Shown: positions 18,785 through 29,500, counted from the stretch's first letter. The stretch: DNA of 64,000 nt from Planctomycetota bacterium (GCA_965223265.1 OZ244999.1:5280001-5344000); one strand, 5' to 3'. Notes: generated by a model from the letters alone, not told the origin. Numbers and translations: made by a program.

Positions 18785-20200
18785 TTAGAGGTCACGGCTG
18801 CCCACGACTTCCTTGCGCGATTCCGGCAGAAACGGCTCGATCAAGCCGCCAGGGGCAAAGAGCGCGTTCGAGTAGAACACCCGAAAATCGTCGTAAAACC
18901 GCATATTGATCGTCGCGCTATCTAGACTGACCTCACCGCCTGATTGAACGCTGTCTTCGCCCATGAGCGCACCGACGATGGTCGTACTCGACCCGGATGA
19001 CGACTCGATGTTCGGCGTCCAGCCAGCGACAAGGACGAGGCCGGTCCATTCAAAAGTTCCGTCGACGAACAGGTCGGCTCGAGTCGACGGAGTGTTGTCG
19101 GTATCAACGTTCGGATCATAGTCATCACGGATAAGCAGCACGCCGGTGCCTTTGAACGTTTGCCCGGCGGGCACACGCAGTCCTCCGGTGACGATCGTCA
19201 CACCTGGTGTGCTGAGGTCGCCGAACGTGCCACTGTGATCGCCGTCGCTCAGTAGCGTCGTGCCAGCAGCGCCGCTGAAGGTGTTCCAAATGTCGTGAGC
19301 GAACATCTGAACGTCGGGGATGGTCGAATCGACCGGGTAGGGATAGTCAGGTGAGGTCTGATCTGATGTGTCGAAGTAGCTACTTGTCGGCGGCGGCGTA
19401 ACGTTCACCGTCGGATCGTAACCTGTGCCGCCGGAATTCGTGAACCAGGCCTCCACATTGCGCTGCCCGATCGGGTTCTGCGAACCCCAAATCTTGTAGG
19501 GGTGCGGGTTCGAGGTTGCCGGCGTCGGAGAACCGCCGCTATAGAGGTAGTCGTACGGGTAGTCAAGCGCACTCGTTTGAAACGGTATCGAGCTGTCCTG
19601 CCATGAGGTTTCATCTCCAGAGGCAATCACTCCCCACGTACTCGGGTCTGAGGGGTCTGATCCACCGCTCCAGTCGAATCCCCCGAGTGGCTTTTGCACC
19701 CCGCCGTTACCAAAAAACAGAGGCGTTTCCGGGACAAACCTGCGCCCCTTGACCACCACCTCGACGCCTTGTACGAGGTAGCCACTTGGATCCCACGAAA
19801 CGTGTTCTGGCGAAACCGTGGAACCGCTCACCGTCGCAGCTACGGCAACCCGCCCCCAAGATCGAATCGTGTTGGTACGCGTCGTTGCGTCGAAAGTCGT
19901 GGTGTAAAAGTACTCGCCACCATCAAACGTCACCCAAGTCGCGTTCGCACCGCCGCCCGACTGGGGCGTGACGATGCCGGCTTGCTTGATGCGAACGAGG
20001 GCGTGCGCCGCACCCGACTCGGCGATCTGCCGGGCCGAGAACACCTCCAGCTGCGCCACCTGGGCGATGCTTTGCTCGCGTGTCATGTTGAGACTGACGA
20101 CTGACAGCATGAGTAGCCCGAGCGCCATCACGGCGACGAGAATCAGAGCCACACCATCGCGGCGATCGAGACAGCCAACGTGTCGTATGTCGTTTTGCAT
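18785..20200 (-). CDS. PilX/GspK-like large minor pilin, cassette copy 1
   Basis: RRDG|VALILV hydrophobic helix lacking Glu5, followed by ARQIAESG (PilX N-terminal motif). Confidence 0.78.
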   Translation of the reverse strand: MQNDIRHVGCLDRRDGVALILVAVMALGLLMLSVVSLNMTREQSIAQVAQLEVFSARQIAESGAAHALVRIKQAGIVTPQSGGGANATWVTFDGGEYFYTTTFDATTRTNTIRSWGRVAVAATVSGSTVSPEHVSWDPSGYLVQGVEVVVKGRRFVPETPLFFGNGGVQKPLGGFDWSGGSDPSDPSTWGVIASGDETSWQDSSIPFQTSALDYPYDYLYSGGSPTPATSNPHPYKIWGSQNPIGQRNVEAWFTNSGGTGYDPTVNVTPPPTSSYFDTSDQTSPDYPYPVDSTIPDVQMFAHDIWNTFSGAAGTTLLSDGDHSGTFGDLSTPGVTIVTGGLRVPAGQTFKGTGVLLIRDDYDPNVDTDNTPSTRADLFVDGTFEWTGLVLVAGWTPNIESSSGSSTTIVGALMGEDSVQSGGEVSLDSATINMRFYDDFRVFYSNALFAPGGLIEPFLPESRKEVVGSRDL

Positions 20201-20229
20201 GGTTCGTCCACCGAATTGTGTCGCTTCGG

Positions 20230-20772
20230 TCAGTCAGTCGTTTTAGTCACCAGGCGCCGCAGTGTCTGGGTACGCGTCGCGCCGCGGTCGTCGACGTACG
20301 TGAGCGTCAAGAGCACCGGGATGAGCTGGAGATCCTGGCCCTTGGAAGCGTTGCCAAGGTCGTCGCTCGCGTCGCCGTCAAAATTCAGGTCCTGAGGACC
20401 ACCAAAATCCGCTGGCACCGACGCTTCGTTCGCGAAGATGGAGACAGCGATCTGACCGCTGTTGAGATCATTCACGGCAAACGACTTGGCGTGGTAGCGA
20501 TCATACACTTCTGCGACTCCGACATTCAGAGTGCCGTCGTTCGGGTAGTTCGCACTGTCTTGAATATCCGCAACAAGACACCGCAGCGAGTTCAGGCCGC
20601 GGTACACTCTGAACGAGTCGCGGCGATGCTCGATCCCCCTGCCAAGGGTCATCGACACCGCAACGCTGAGGGCAACAAAGATGGCGATCGACATCGCCAT
20701 CTCGACGAGAGTCAACCCCTCGCATCTCGCTCTGACTTTTCGGCAACCAGACATCTGTTTGAAGTCCCTCAT
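20230..20772 (-). CDS. Type IV pilin-like protein (PilV-like), cassette copy 1
   Basis: G|LTLVEMAM class III signal with Glu5. Confidence 0.8.
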   Translation of the reverse strand: MRDFKQMSGCRKVRARCEGLTLVEMAMSIAIFVALSVAVSMTLGRGIEHRRDSFRVYRGLNSLRCLVADIQDSANYPNDGTLNVGVAEVYDRYHAKSFAVNDLNSGQIAVSIFANEASVPADFGGPQDLNFDGDASDDLGNASKGQDLQLIPVLLTLTYVDDRGATRTQTLRRLVTKTTD

Positions 20773-21461
20773 TGTCGGAGCGAGATACGTTCGGTCAGAA
20801 CGACATCGTCGTCAAAAACAAAGTCTCCGTCGGGCCCCATAGCGTTGAGGCGCAGAGTCACCGACAACAAGCGCCCAGTGGGAGCCGGCGTCACACTCAG
20901 CGTGAACATTTCCCCGCTACGCGGACGAAACTCAGCCGGTACGAGCAGTTCGACCGCGGGCACACCACCCGCTATGCTCACCTGCGTGTTATCGTCGATG
21001 GTTCCGAGGGTCCCGTCCGGACCGCTCGCCGCCGCGTGAATGGCATCGAGAGACGGTCCCCTGCCGACGATGATCCCTGCATTGGGGTTGTCGCCGCCGT
21101 CCGGGCCGTAGATGTAGACACGGGCGTTGTCGTCGTACGTCGCCTCGCCAGTCACAGCGTCGATCGAGGCCAAGAGCCGAAAGCGCACGGCATGGGAGTT
21201 CACACCACTGGTCGCCTTGAGAGGCGAGTAGCCCGCGTCCGAGGTCAGCGCCTGTGACCCAAGGCGGACGATGCGCTCCATCGCTCGCTGCGCTCGCATC
21301 GAGAGCACCGAGGCGATCTGGTTCTCAACGAACGCGCGCTGCGACCAAATCATCGCCGAGACAGCGCCGCCGATGAAGACGCCAAGAACGGCTAAACTGA
21401 CGGAAACTTCGATCAGGCTGAAGCCGCGCTGTCTGTCTGTGAGTCGATCGTTCTGGTCCAA
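20769..21461 (-). CDS. Type IV pilin-like protein (PilW/GspJ-like), cassette copy 1
   Basis: QRG|FSLIEV prepilin motif. Confidence 0.85.
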   Translation of the reverse strand: MDQNDRLTDRQRGFSLIEVSVSLAVLGVFIGGAVSAMIWSQRAFVENQIASVLSMRAQRAMERIVRLGSQALTSDAGYSPLKATSGVNSHAVRFRLLASIDAVTGEATYDDNARVYIYGPDGGDNPNAGIIVGRGPSLDAIHAAASGPDGTLGTIDDNTQVSIAGGVPAVELLVPAEFRPRSGEMFTLSVTPAPTGRLLSVTLRLNAMGPDGDFVFDDDVVLTERISLRQ

Positions 21462-21693
21462 GTGTCACTCTCCCATCGAACCCTGTATTAGGGCTTCCGC
21501 AAGAAGAGTGACATCTCTACGACGATTCGACGAATTGCCGGTTATCGGACTCGGTCAGTCCACCGATCGTGCGCCGCGTCCTCCACGCCCATACCGCCCC
21601 CACCCACGTACAGGCGATCGCGCATGGCCTTGAAGCGCTTCTCCTTTGAAACCATGGACGCGGTCCCCCGACGGCACTCACAGTCTCGACGAT

Positions 21694-23013
21694 TCAGTTC
21701 GATGGCTCAGTGGTATCCGGCACATCATTGACGATGTTATCGACGTTGGGGGCAAGGTCCGGGTCATCGATATCGGGGTCGTCGGCAACTCCGGCAGCCC
21801 CGGGCTGCACCCGCCACCAGCGAAGCCATGATGCTTTTCCGGGCCCTAGAGCCTGCCCAGTAACGCGCTTGAGTGCCGCTTGTGCGGCGCGGCTGACCTG
21901 AGGAACATCGAGATAGTCGATGAGGAGCGGAACAGCCGCAGAGTCCATTGTCGAGCCCAAGGCGTGGACGAGCGCAAGTCTGAGGTCGTCAGTGCGAGCG
22001 CGGGACAGTTGATCGATGAGAAACGCGATCTCGAGCGACCCGAGTCGCCCCAACGCTCCCGCGCAAGCGGCCTTCACGATCGTTCGCTCCGAGCGAACGA
22101 AAAAATCCTTGAAGAAGGCGGCCCGGCCACCGTTGACGAACAGCCCCAATTGCGTCACTAGCGCGGCGCGCACACGATCTGAGGAGACGGTTGCAATGTG
22201 AGATTCAAGAGCGCTCTCCAGAGACGCTGTACGCTGCGGCTCAATCCTTTCGATGGCACTCATCGCCAAAGAAGCGTCACGCCCGCCGGAGTCAGCAAGG
22301 GCGACGAGCCGTGCCCAAACGGCAGCGTCACCGGTGCGCCCGGCTGCGACGAGGCATGAGAGGCTGCGGTCTCGGAGACCGACATCGAAGAGGAGCAACC
22401 CTGCCGGCTCGGTCCCCACTGAAGTGAGACTCTTGACCAGCACCGGTGGGCACGGCGCGAGACTCTCCGCAAGGCCGGCGAGCGCTTCAAACGCTCGCGG
22501 GTCTTTCTTGGCGGCCGTCGCAACGATCGGCAGGATCGCCTCGACGAGAGCGAAATCACCGTCGGCGCGGGCCGTCCTCAAGAGAACGGTCGCGTCGAGT
22601 TCACTCTCGACAGCAATTCTTCCAACGATTGCGTCACGCTGCGCCTCGAGACGTACACTCTTGGCCTCCAACTCGACGACCGCAGCAGGTGGCGGCCGCT
22701 CATTCGCCAGATCCTCCTCCTGAGTCGGCCAGATGTCCTCTTGCTTCTTGCGCATCGCGGCCAGTTGACTCAACACGCCGCGCAGTTCGCCGAGAGACGA
22801 TGCCACTTTCGCGTTCGCCCACATTCTTTCTGGTGCCGCAGCCCGCACCTCGGGCTCGAGCCCATCATTGGCCAATATCAATGGCGCGTGGGTCGCCGCG
22901 AAAAGGATCGTCACCGCCAGTCGCCGCCGCCAAGCATCGTCGCGGATGCATACATTCGTCGTCACGGGAAATCGCTCTAGAGTCAACTCACACCTCGCAC
23001 CAAAGCCGAACAC
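21694..23013 (-). CDS. HEAT-repeat protein, cassette copy 2
   Basis: Shares WP...NE.PPP..V.EL and W.RWWRVQP with copy 1. Confidence 0.75.
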   Translation of the reverse strand: MFGFGARCELTLERFPVTTNVCIRDDAWRRRLAVTILFAATHAPLILANDGLEPEVRAAAPERMWANAKVASSLGELRGVLSQLAAMRKKQEDIWPTQEEDLANERPPPAAVVELEAKSVRLEAQRDAIVGRIAVESELDATVLLRTARADGDFALVEAILPIVATAAKKDPRAFEALAGLAESLAPCPPVLVKSLTSVGTEPAGLLLFDVGLRDRSLSCLVAAGRTGDAAVWARLVALADSGGRDASLAMSAIERIEPQRTASLESALESHIATVSSDRVRAALVTQLGLFVNGGRAAFFKDFFVRSERTIVKAACAGALGRLGSLEIAFLIDQLSRARTDDLRLALVHALGSTMDSAAVPLLIDYLDVPQVSRAAQAALKRVTGQALGPGKASWLRWWRVQPGAAGVADDPDIDDPDLAPNVDNIVNDVPDTTEPSN

Positions 23014-23090
23014 CTCGAGTGAGGCGTCCGGAAAACTCGGTTGCAGAGCAAAGGATGACGATATCGCGCCTGCCCGCGATCCGACCAGCG

Positions 23091-24497
23091 TCAGATCTTA
23101 CGACTACCGACCACCTCCTTCTTCACTCCTGGAAGAAACGGATGAATGATCCCACCCGAAGTGAACAAACTGTTGGAATAGAGAACACGGAATTGGTCGC
23201 GCAACTTCATGATGATCGTGGCGCTATCGAGGCTGATCTCGCCTCCGGACTGAACACTGTCCTCGCCGAAGAGCGCTCCGACGATGGTCGAGCTGGATCC
23301 ATTCTGGGTTTCGATCGTCGGCGCCCATCCCGCGATCACCACCAAACCGGTCCACTCAAGATTTCCACTGATGTTGACGTACGCCTTCCGATTCGGTCGA
23401 TTGTTGGTGTCGACGTTCGGATCGTAGTCGTCTCGAATGACAAGGATTCCGGCACCGCGAAACGTCTGGCCCGCCGGCACGAGAAGACTTCCCGTTACGA
23501 ACGTCACTCCCGGGTCGCTGAGATCGCCATACGTACCGCTGTGATTGCCGCTCGTGAGCAAAGTGGCGTCTGGATCGTCGTGGTACGTGTTCCAGAGTTC
23601 ATGGGCGAACGTCTGAACGTCAGGAATCTCTGGATCGATCGGGTATGGGTAGTCAGGAGAAAGGTTGTCGCTCGTATCAAAGTAGCTGCTTGTCGGCGGC
23701 GGGCTCAGGTTGACGGTCGGGTCGTTCCCGGCGCCGGCCGAATTCTGAAACCATGACTCGATGTTGTGCTGACCGATGAGGTTCTGCGACGCCCAAAGCT
23801 TGAAAGGATGTGGGTTCGACGTCGCGGGAACCGGCGTTCCTCCGTTGGTCAAAAAATCGACGGGATGGTCGAGTGCGCTCGCCTCGAACGGAATCGATGA
23901 CGTTTGCCACGAGGAAGGGTTCGAAGTCACACTTCCCCATGTGGACGGGTCGTTTGGGTCCGCCCCGCCGGTCCAAGCAAAACCTCCAAGCGGCCGCTCG
24001 ATACCACCGTTGCCGAAAAAGAGGGGGGTTTCCGGAATGAACTTCCTCGCCTTAACAACGAGTTCGACGCCTTGGACTAGATATCCGCTCGGATCCCACG
24101 CCGGATCGTCTGGAGCCACAGTGCTGCCACTCACCACCGCGTCGGCCGCGACGCGCCCCCACGAGCGAATGGTGCTCGTCTGATTGGGCGCGTCGAAGAG
24201 CGTGTAGTAAAGAAACTCACCGTTTGAGAAACCGAGCCAGCTTGGGTCCGTTCCAGAGCCCGAAAACGGCGCCACTACTCCTGCTTCCTTGATCCGTGCG
24301 AGAGCCTGCGCGGCACCTGACTCCGCGATCATGCGCGCCGAAAAAGCCTCGCGCTGCACCACCTGCGTGACGCGATGCTCTCGCGTCATGTCCAGGCTCA
24401 CCACCGAGAGCACCAAGAAACCCAGCGCGGTCACCAACACCAAAATCAGTGTGACCCCGGCCTGCGGTCGGAGTTCTTCTTTCCTTACGCGATGCAT
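23091..24497 (-). CDS. PilX/GspK-like large minor pilin, cassette copy 2
   Basis: ATG at 24497 with a GGAGGT SD; G|VTLILV; ARMIAESG. The track's extension to 24674 runs into a repeat. Confidence 0.8.
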   Translation of the reverse strand: MHRVRKEELRPQAGVTLILVLVTALGFLVLSVVSLDMTREHRVTQVVQREAFSARMIAESGAAQALARIKEAGVVAPFSGSGTDPSWLGFSNGEFLYYTLFDAPNQTSTIRSWGRVAADAVVSGSTVAPDDPAWDPSGYLVQGVELVVKARKFIPETPLFFGNGGIERPLGGFAWTGGADPNDPSTWGSVTSNPSSWQTSSIPFEASALDHPVDFLTNGGTPVPATSNPHPFKLWASQNLIGQHNIESWFQNSAGAGNDPTVNLSPPPTSSYFDTSDNLSPDYPYPIDPEIPDVQTFAHELWNTYHDDPDATLLTSGNHSGTYGDLSDPGVTFVTGSLLVPAGQTFRGAGILVIRDDYDPNVDTNNRPNRKAYVNISGNLEWTGLVVIAGWAPTIETQNGSSSTIVGALFGEDSVQSGGEISLDSATIIMKLRDQFRVLYSNSLFTSGGIIHPFLPGVKKEVVGSRKI

Positions 24498-24580
24498 CGG
24501 GCACCTCCGTAGCGCCGTACGAGCCGGCGGGGGGTTTGCAATGAAACAAAAGAGAACAGCGTCTCCGCGCTCGCCCATAG

Positions 24581-24757
24581 CAGCCTGTTGAAAGAGTGCT
24601 TCGAGTCGAAAACTGGTCGCTTCGCGTCCAGATCGGCCGCGGCGAACGTAGGTAATCTCCGAGCCCTCTTCCATGAGACATAACGGCGAGGCTCGCCGCG
24701 GTCGATCTGGGCGTGAAGAGGCCAGTTTCTCGGCCGAATGACTTTTTCAACGGGCTG
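24581..24757 (+). mobile_element. Repeat family A, full copy (MITE-like hairpin)
   Basis: CAGCC...GGCTG ends, long inverted arms, flanked by ATAG and TTAG. Confidence 0.88.
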
Positions 24758-24761
24758 TTAG

Positions 24762-25015
24762 CTCGAGTTTGGCCATTTCGCGTCGAGCCTGGGAACGCCA
24801 GGAGCGTCGAGGCCAAGGAGCGACGACAACGCGATCCTGCTGCGATCGTGGCGGAGGAGCGACGCAGGCATCGGCGCTCCTGGCGTTCCCCGAAGGGCCG
24901 GACAGGAGTTTTTGAACATGCACAAGGGTTCTCAGGGTACGAAAAAGTCGAAAGGGCCTTCGAATTCCCGCGAAACTCGTCCGGCCAGGCCGGCGCGAAA
25001 TGGCCAAACTCGAGG
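24762..25015 (+). mobile_element. Repeat family B, full copy (MITE-like)
   Basis: Perfect TIR CTCGAGTTTGGCCATTTCGCG/CGCGAAATGGCCAAACTCGAG, flanked by TTAG and CTAG, with two internal hairpins. Confidence 0.85.
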
Positions 25016-25042
25016 CTAGGCGATTCAAGATCCAATGCTCAC

Positions 25043-25606
25043 TCAGTCTGTCGTTCTCGCGATCAACCGATAGGCGACAACGGACTGCGAAAACCCGGCG
25101 TCGTCGTACGTCAAGGTGAGACTCAGAGGCACCAGCCGAAGATCAGTGCCGTTCGACTGGTTGCCGAGATCGTCGTCTGCATCGCCATCGTAGTTGAGGT
25201 CTTGGGGGCCGCCGAGCTCGACGGGAACGGCTTGCTCGTTGGCAAAACAAGCGAGCGCAACCGACGCCGCCGACAATCCTGGGACAGTCAGTGTCTGTCC
25301 GTGATAGCGACCATAAACCTCGGCGATGCCCTCTTGAAGTGTTGCGTTGTGTGGTAAGTTCGCGACCTCCTGGATTTCGGCTACGACGTCGCGAATCGCG
25401 CTGACAGCACGATAGGCTTGGAACGAGCTACGGCGGTGCTCGATGCCTCGCCCGAGTGTCATCGACACGGAAAGGACCACGGCGAGAAAGACGCCGGCGG
25501 AGACGACGATCTCGAGAAGCGCCAACCCCGCGAATGATCGCGATCGAATCGACAGCTGTAAGTCTCTTGCGGACGATCTCATCGACATACTTGCCTCGCT
25601 TTTCAC
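25043..25606 (-). CDS. Type IV pilin-like protein (PilV-like), cassette copy 2
   Basis: G|LALLEIVV; shares TLGRGIEHRR, GGPQDLN.DGDA.DDLGN and the terminal TTD with copy 1. Confidence 0.8.
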   Translation of the reverse strand: MKSEASMSMRSSARDLQLSIRSRSFAGLALLEIVVSAGVFLAVVLSVSMTLGRGIEHRRSSFQAYRAVSAIRDVVAEIQEVANLPHNATLQEGIAEVYGRYHGQTLTVPGLSAASVALACFANEQAVPVELGGPQDLNYDGDADDDLGNQSNGTDLRLVPLSLTLTYDDAGFSQSVVAYRLIARTTD

Positions 25607-26286
25607 TGTCTGAGCGCCACGCGTTCGGTCAACACGATGTCGTCCTCGAGCAGAAAGACGCCGTCGACCCCCCGGGCGTTGAGACGAATCGTCAGCTCGA
25701 TCAATCGACCGGTCGGCGGTGGCGTGACGTCAATGCTGAGCATGGCCCCAACGCGTGGCGCGAAATCGCTCGGCACGAGAAGCTCTACCGCTGGCACGCC
25801 GCTGGAAAGGACAACTCGCGTGTCGTCGTCGGTCGTCCCGAGCAGGCCGTCCGACCCGGCGGCCGCAGCGTGAATGCTGTCAAGCGTTGGACCACGCCCG
25901 ATGAGAATGCCGCTGCTTGGGTTCGACCCCGAATCACTGCCGTAGACATACACGCGTCCGACGTCGTCGAATACGGGTTCTCCGGTGACGACATCGACGG
26001 ACTGCACCAGTCGAAATCGAAGCGCGTGAGAGTCGACGCCGGTCGCCGGCTTGAGCGGCGTGTAGGCCAGGTCGGAGGTGACCGCCTGGCTCGCGAGGTC
26101 GACAATCCGCTCGAGCGCTTTTTGGGCGCGAAGCGCCAGGACGGACGTCATCTGACTTTGCGCCATAGCGCGCTGCGTCGAGATGAGCGCCGTGACAGCC
26201 GTCGCCGTGAACACACCTAGGACGCTCAGACTGATGACCGATTCGAGAAGCGTCAGTCCTCGGAGGCGCGAGTCGCGAGATCTCAT
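25603..26286 (-). CDS. Type IV pilin-like protein (PilW/GspJ-like), cassette copy 2
   Basis: RG|LTLLES; paralog of 20769-21461, both ending in LTER..LRQ. Confidence 0.82.
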   Translation of the reverse strand: MRSRDSRLRGLTLLESVISLSVLGVFTATAVTALISTQRAMAQSQMTSVLALRAQKALERIVDLASQAVTSDLAYTPLKPATGVDSHALRFRLVQSVDVVTGEPVFDDVGRVYVYGSDSGSNPSSGILIGRGPTLDSIHAAAAGSDGLLGTTDDDTRVVLSSGVPAVELLVPSDFAPRVGAMLSIDVTPPPTGRLIELTIRLNARGVDGVFLLEDDIVLTERVALRQ

Positions 26287-26559
26287 CGCACGAACCTGAT
26301 AGCAGCCGCTGTTGGAAGGCAAGGAACACGCGTCTGCCCGGTCATTCCCCAAACAAGTCAGCCATCAAATTACCGGAAGGGCAAATCGCAGCCGTCAGGC
26401 CCGCCGTCAGAGACACGCATCGCAACTCACCGCGCGGCATACTCTTAGAGTCTGAGCGCACCGATTCCGAACTCGACCCCAAATGGCGCTTCTGCCGTCG
26501 ACAGCAGGAGTTAGAAGAATCTCAGCAATCACCACGATCGCCGCACACGCGGAGTGCGC

Positions 26560-29500
26560 CTACCCATCGGCGGAGCAGATGGCGTGGCTCAAGCACGGGA
26601 CGCTGTCTGGCGTCGCGTCGGTCGCGCAACGCCCGAAGGGCTCAGCGAGCGGCCCTGCCCCGGCATAAAGGTGAAGCAGCAACCGAATCGGATCCGCCAG
26701 GTCGACGATCCCATCGTCGTCGACATCAGCGCTCTTCCAACACTCAGTCGCTGGGGCGCCGCGAAAGAGCTGGCCGACGAGGTCGATCGCGTCGCTCAAG
26801 TTGAGCTCACCATCTGAATTCACATCGCCGCGAATGAACCGCGTGTCATCGCCATTCGACTCGACGAGCTCGCCGGTCAACGAGACTCCGTTGAGCGAAC
26901 CAAGAATCTGAAAATCGTCGCCGAGATAATTCACCGCCGCCGCAATACCGAGGTCCGGTTCGCCGGAGACAATCTCGACCACGTGAACTGGCTCCGAGAG
27001 GCTCTCCAGAGACACCGGAGGATCCAGTACGGCCCAGTACCGCACGTCTCGGTTGTGTCGTATGGCGCCGTAGACGAGATCCCAGTAGCGAATCACCTGC
27101 CGCTTGCGGTCGCCACCGAAGTCAAGATCTGCGAACACTAGGCTTGCCGGGCCAGTGGCTGTCGGATCGGTTGGCGGCTCAAAACGCTGCAGTAGCCGAA
27201 AATGCTCGCCGGATGCGGCGGACACGTCGACTTGCCACAGCGGCAATGTTTGATAGGTACACGAGGAGTAGCGCGCCACGAGGCCACGATCGCCTTCGAG
27301 CGCCAGACTCCGAGTCAGAAACTCTTCGTCGAATCGAAGCGGCGAATCAAGACTCTGTTCGCCACGCGCGCGGAACTCCAAGTTCTGGAGGCGCAACGTG
27401 TACAGCTCACCGTTCGGCAAGCGAAAATCCTGTTCGAAGCGAAAGAGGTAGCGAACGGCGTCTCCCTGTGGAATCGCAGACCAGCGAAACATCCCGGGAC
27501 CATCAGGAATCGCCAGTCCCTCCTCATAACCGACTCGCACGTCGGCAAAAAGCTCCCCGAAAAACGCGTCAGTCTCAGTGGGCAAAGCGTGGATGCCACT
27601 GGCGAACTCGACGCGGCTCTTGAGTCGCAGCGATTCTTGCGGGCTGCGCGAGTGGACGAACACCCCGCAGCTGACCGTGCCGGGCGGAATGTCGAGCTCA
27701 AAGGTCGGAGCCGGTGGCACAGAACTGCTGCGAAGGAACGGTCGAACCTGCTTCACGGCAAGGTCTCCGTTCGACTCGATCTTGAATTCGATGTCGAGAA
27801 GAACCTGACGGCGTGGATAGTCGCCGAGAGTGACCGGAAAGTCGCGATCGATGTGCCACAGCAGAGCACCTATCTCGCGTAGCTGCGCGTCGCTCAACAC
27901 CGTCTCGCCAGCGGCAACGAGCGTCGAGGGCAGCGCGCGAAAGATTTCGACGACGACGCCATCCTCGACGCGGAGAAGATTCTTCTCGGCGACGACGCCA
28001 GGTTCGGGACTCACGACACTCTCTTCGCCGACTTGCCCAGTGACGATGTAGCGGTTGTCGAGTGGTTGATCAGGATTGCCTGTGAACGCAACCCCGTTGG
28101 CGCTCTCGTCGAGGAACGCCCGACTGACGAGGAGTCCCATGGCGGTGCTCGCCTGCGGCATGCCGAAAAAGGCGCGCTCTTCGTAGGCACGAAAGTTCCA
28201 GTTACTCGCCCAAACCTTCTTCAGGGCGCGCACGATCGTGCGCTCGTTTTTCTTCGTCGGGTCGCAGAGCGACGGCCCCGACGAGTCACCGTCGAAGTCA
28301 TCGAGGACGCAGACCGACGTCGAATCGTAAAGCCCAGCGCCGTTGAACTCGAGCGCGTCCTCAGCATTCGAAGAAGAACGGAATCGGACGACCGTATCGC
28401 GCGACCCGAAAACCGACTCAATCCGCGAAGCCAGCGCAGAGACAAGTTCCGCGTCGACGGCACCATTTTCGCGCATGTGATCTCGCAGCTGCTTCAACAC
28501 GGTGAATCGCAGCTGCGAATCGCTCTCAAACTCCGGCCACGCGATGACTTCGTCGATGTACTCGTCGTAGGTCAAAAGAACAGCTGCATCCCGAGCCGAC
28601 GGAATCTGGCCCGTCCGCAGAAACTGCAAGTAGTAGTGCACCGGAATCGCGAAGCCAACCTCACGGTATTGCCCCAGCGGCCCGTCAAGAATCGCCTGGA
28701 GGCGCGCAAGGTTGCTCGCCTTGCCGCCAAAGCGGCTCTCGAGCAGCGCGCCGTCCATGTGGTTAGCGATCTCCTCGAGCCGGTCAAGCCCTTGATAGTC
28801 GGGATCGATCTCCGGCAGGACGGAGAGTTCAGGGCGGCTTTCTGCCCACCACGCTTCAGCCTCCGCGACAGTCGCGGCGTCGACGTTGAAGTCGTCGGCG
28901 CGCACCTCGAATCGGACGAGCTCGCCGTCGTGTGGACCGAAGGCTCGCGCCGCTTCGCGCACGAATGCGTTCGGGGTGCCGCGGCGGGCCGTACGCACAG
29001 CTATGTGGCTCAAGTCGCTCTGCGGCTCCGCTGTGACGACGCCGCCGACAACACCTTCGATGTCGCGCGGCGCGTGGTCGAGAACCAGGATGTCTTGAAA
29101 ACTGATACTTCCCGACGCATTGGCCGCCTCAAAGCTTGCACGCGTGTGAACACGGACCCGGCCGAATCCTACGCCTTGCGTGTAGGCTTGGAACGTCACC
29201 TCGGGACGCTCGGACTCAAAGTAGACAAAACTGGTGTCCGGCCAGGTAGCAGCGTGATCGCGTGTGATCCGGGCGTCAGGATAGTACTTGAGCGGCCTCA
29301 ACGTGACGGCTTCCAACATCTGCTGATGAATCGCCGTCACTTCCTCGAAAGTCGGGAGCTCACGGGGATCGGCGTCAAAGTTCGTCAGGACGTTGTAGCC
29401 GTAGAGCGGTCCTGTAGGAGTCGCCAACAAAAAAACGGCGCCACTGAAATAACGTCGGGTCGCGCGATCACCGACAAGTTGACTGTAGAACTCGACCGCG

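Noticed and set aside
24217-25357. ORFs with recurring peptides ([28 protein letters not shown]), also at 49715, 56365 and 62784-63201
   Set aside because: They are read-throughs of repeat families A and B, not a protein family. The same cause inflates the track's N-termini at 24674 and 34845.
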